The notes beneath the pieces were generated by a model. The model did no database searches. It was not told where the DNA came from and saw only the letters and a list, made by a program, of their open reading frames with translations. A stretch of DNA of 64,000 nt from assembly GCA_038087875.1 (NCBI GenBank), contig CM075992.1:7132001-7196000 (forward strand). The letters run 5' to 3'. The stretch is from Malacoraja senta. Its lineage: Eukaryota. The translations under genes were made by a program, and so were the position numbers. Shown one piece after another: positions 60,688-64,000 of the stretch (the first letter of the stretch is position 1; every line of letters begins with the position of its first letter).

Positions 60688-63176
60688 CTGAAATGGGAAA
60701 AAATATTTGACACTCACATGAATATCTCGAATCGATTTACCTCGGAGCTCTCCTTTTGCCCATAAGGTCTTGTTAGCTGGGTCATATGATATATAAAACA
60801 GGGAACATTTGCTGGAATACAACATTAACTAGACCATAGACTGGATTGCGTGCTTAGCTCTGGTTGTCACGTCACTGTAAAGTTAAAAATGCACCCGTGA
60901 GGTCGCAGAGGAGACTTAAGAGGATTGTGATTCTGGTCTCTGGCGTAGAGAAAGTTGAGTGTTGACATATCAGTTGTATTAAATAATGTGGGGCCTTGGA
61001 GTAAATAGAAATGATCTAATTACCCGAGCGGTGAAGTCAAAAGCCAATGGAATGGAAATAGAACGAAGAGCGAGAGATGAAGGCACGATTTGCACCCAGT
61101 GTGTGAAGGAGAGAAGAGGCAGGAACTCTCAACACATTTTTAACAATGCCCGGATTTCAAAAACCATCATGCAGTACTTGAAGTTGGCATTAGGCTGACT
61201 TTTCTAATTTGATTGTTATAGAATAATTTTCCAAATTGCCTTTACTGCACTGGGCGTTCTCCGGGGCGACAAACAAATCCCCAGTCCTAGGTTTCCCCGC
61301 AAACTCCTCAGGGATTGTTCAATCATGATTCAGTGTAAAGTGCAGTAAGCTGTCTTGCAAGACGTTCCTCTGAACTGGCAACATTGTAAAGTAAATTTAA
61401 TATCAGACAGAACATGAGCAGGTAAAATAATTTGGTCCCACACACCTACCCTGATAATGTTCAATGATGACGAAGTGTCTCCCTAAAGAACATATTCCAT
61501 TTCCCCTTTATTTTGACTAACGTTTTGTATTGGACCAATGTTCCTTAACATGGAGAAAGGTTGGAAGTGGAATTCCAAGGACTAGAGATCTTCCAAATTG
61601 TTTTGATGCTCTTGTGTAAGGGGTTGTGCAATCCCAGGGACTTCGGATTATTTGTGCAGCCTTCACCAGGCCTGGACTGGTCAAGTTGCCAGTGCAGTTT
61701 CCTAGAAAGAAATGTGAGTTTTGGCGAGGAAGATACATGTATTTTGTATGAGACGGGGCTTCAGGCATAGAGAAATATCACCAAAAGCTGCAGTGTGTGG
61801 CCAGCGGTGAGTGGGCTATGGAACCAGCCAGGCAGAAAAGAATGAACATGCGTTGCATCTGATAAGCAAAAACTTCAATGTAAACCAAGGTCTCCAGGTC
61901 GAGATTCTGTTCCCTCCACATGTCCAAGCAGTGGAACATCAGAAGGCTCAGGCCGTCCTACAAGGGGGACAATCACCAGAGCTTCCAGAAGACCTTCGCC
62001 TTGCTACGGGAGGCGTGTGTGTGGTGTGTGTGTGTGGTGGTGGTGGTGGTGTTGGGGGGTGGGGGGGCAACAAAAAATAGCTGTTCGGAAAACAAAACAT
62101 GGTTTACTTGGCCAGGGTGGGGCGTCAGAGTGAGGGCGCATAATAAAGAGGTGGGGAGAGGCGGAAGAGGAGGAACTGGCGGGAAGAGTAGGAAGTACAT
62201 AGTACTTCTGCAGCCTAGTCTAGCTACAGACTAATAATTCTGTGGAGTAACACCATGGGGCAGCTTGAGTAGGCACAATAAATGGATCAAAAACATAAAC
62301 TTCTTAGGGACACGATAAGATAATCGAATGTTTGCTGTACTGCTCGTCTAAAAGCAAGGGCATATTTCGATCTCCCATTTTCTGGGAAGTATTATTCCTA
62401 CCTGTCTGCAGGCAGCCCCACAAAAAGGAGGCAATCGGTAGTGTGCAACCGAAATGCTGAAAAAATTTCAGTGTTTTCTACTTCTCCCCCATCCAGCCGG
62501 ACCAAATTGCATCTTTGGACTGCCCCTTTAAATGCTGGAGTTCAGATTTCATCACGGGCCTCTGCTGCCGGTTAGAGAGGCGGGGTTAATAATCACAGGG
62601 TCGATCAGTGAAAATGCCTTTGACCGAGGGAATTAACCGCTTGGTGCCTTCGATACTGTACTGTACACCTCTATGCACAGTAAACTCCCATTAATATTAT
62701 GACTTTTTAAAATGCACATTAAGTGGAATTGCTGTTTGTATTATTATTACCACCTATACCACGCAATAATGAGATGGTGTGTCTGCCTATTAAATCATGT
62801 CATACATGAGTTCAATCAAGCTATACATGAGTACAACAATGCAAAGAGAGAAAAAACTGCACACTATAGCGATATCGCATTACAACGTTAAACTTACAGA
62901 AAGAAAAGTGTAAAATACCAATGAAGTCGATTGGAAGATCGGGTTTGCAGCCTGGCTTGTGGGAGGACGGTCACTTACATTATGAATACATGCTGATTTA
63001 TATATAAGACAGACACAACATGCTGGGGTAATTCAGCGTGTCAGGGAGCATCTCTGGAGAAAAAGGATGGGTGACGTTTCGGACCCTTCTTCACACACAT
63101 ATGCATTTCCTTTTATTAATTTATAGTCAATCACATCTGCGACTCGTTTCAAAGTTTAAAGTTGCACAAAACTTAC

Positions 63177-63296
63177 CCTGTATAACCGTGGTACCGAGAG
63201 CAACGATAGACACCATGATAGAAAGACTCAGGAGAGTGTAGGCGATGGGGGCTGAGAGTATTCCTCGGCCAGGCTCTATTAGTCTGACACCATCTT
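63177..63296 (-). CDS. Lectin B transmembrane exon (120 nt); upstream exons probably beyond the window
   Basis: TTTGCAG| … CAGG|GTAAGT; DGVRLIEPGRGILSAPIAYTLLSLSIMVSIVALGTTVIQ. Confidence 0.85.
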
Positions 63297-63539
63297 CTGC
63301 AAAGTGCAAATTAAATGAATGATTGAAAGAACGAGAGGGAATTGTCCACTGATAAAGACTCCTAATATTTCCCGGTTTACTCCCGGGATCAGGCAGACAA
63401 ACCGGCGACTGCTTTTAAAACTATTCAGCTCATAATATTTCAATTTAAGAACCATCATATGCAATATCTTCGAGATCTAAATATCGCATACAAAGGAAGT
63501 GTGACACATTCTGGACAGTTTCACACAGCAATGTATCAC

Positions 63540-63925
63540 AATGAGGGGACCTCATTGAAACGTACAGAATAGTGAAAGGCTTGGATAGAGTGGATGTGGA
63601 GAAGATGTTTCCACTAGTAGGAGAGTCGAGGACTAGAGGTAATTGTCTCATAATTAAATGACGTTCTTTTAGAAAGGAGATGAGGTGGAATTTCTTCAGT
63701 CAGAGGGTGGTGAATATGTAGAATTATTTGCCACAGAAGGCTGTGGAGGCCGTCAGTGGATATATTTAAGGCAGAGATAGATTGATTCTTGATTAGCACT
63801 GGTGTCAGAGGTTATGGAGAGAAGGCAGGAGAATGGGGTTAGGAGGGAGAGTTTGACCAGCCATGATTGATTGGCAGATTAGACTTGATGAGCCGAATGA
63901 CCCAATTCTGCTCCTATCACATGAT
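63540..63925 (+). mobile_element. CR1 3' fragment; many older CR1 remnants also at ~23460, 24040, 27680, 27980, 38780, 39760-42350, 43600, 47370/49075 and 50415
   Basis: MRGDLIETYRIVKGLDRVDVEKMFPLVGESRTRG and 3' UTR. Confidence 0.8.
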
Positions 63926-64000
63926 CTTGTGTTCTCCAAGTATCATTCGCTCAGATAAGCCCGAGGTACGAGGAAGGTAGCACTCGGCCATCTCTCCCCT

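Noticed and set aside
60718..60785. Exon-like segment ending in a GTGAGT donor (minus strand)
   Set aside because: No suitable AG acceptor giving phase 1-1; cannot be placed in the model
61450..61482. 33-nt AG/GT-bounded segment on the minus strand
   Set aside because: Frame-compatible, but no counterpart in lectin A and no recognisable sequence; could be chance
63228..63246. ITIM-like IAYTLL in lectin B (and VVYSLL in lectin A)
   Set aside because: Both sit at the start of the hydrophobic TM segment and are unlikely to be accessible to SH2 domains

Overview
Vertebrate genomic DNA, very likely from a cartilaginous fish (skate/ray-like; inferred from HE1-type V-SINEs, abundant CR1 and Penelope repeats). 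It is repeat-rich and has one 200-N assembly gap (11356-11555). Three host genes can be read by splicing by hand. (1) The 5' end of a DOCK-C family GEF, best match DOCK6, lies on the minus strand: exon 1 is in a CpG island at ~26.4 kb, exon 3 is at ~9.1 kb, and exon 2 was not found (probably in the gap). (2) Lectin A is an apparently complete type II C-type lectin receptor on the plus strand (36.7-45.6 kb, 7 coding exons, ~228 aa) with EPN/WND motifs and an Arg in the transmembrane helix. (3) Lectin B is a convergent paralogue on the minus strand (63.3-51.5 kb, 5' exons outside the window) that lacks both the Arg and the sugar-binding motifs. Mobile elements include an L1 with uninterrupted ORF1/ORF2 (1-6034), two 5'-truncated L1s with TSDs, young CR1 copies, a Rex1/Babar fragment, MITEs, and roughly 30 Penelope-derived terminal repeats that carry a minimal hammerhead-ribozyme core and often insert as fold-back hairpins with long TSDs. 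All gene models are hand predictions without expression data.
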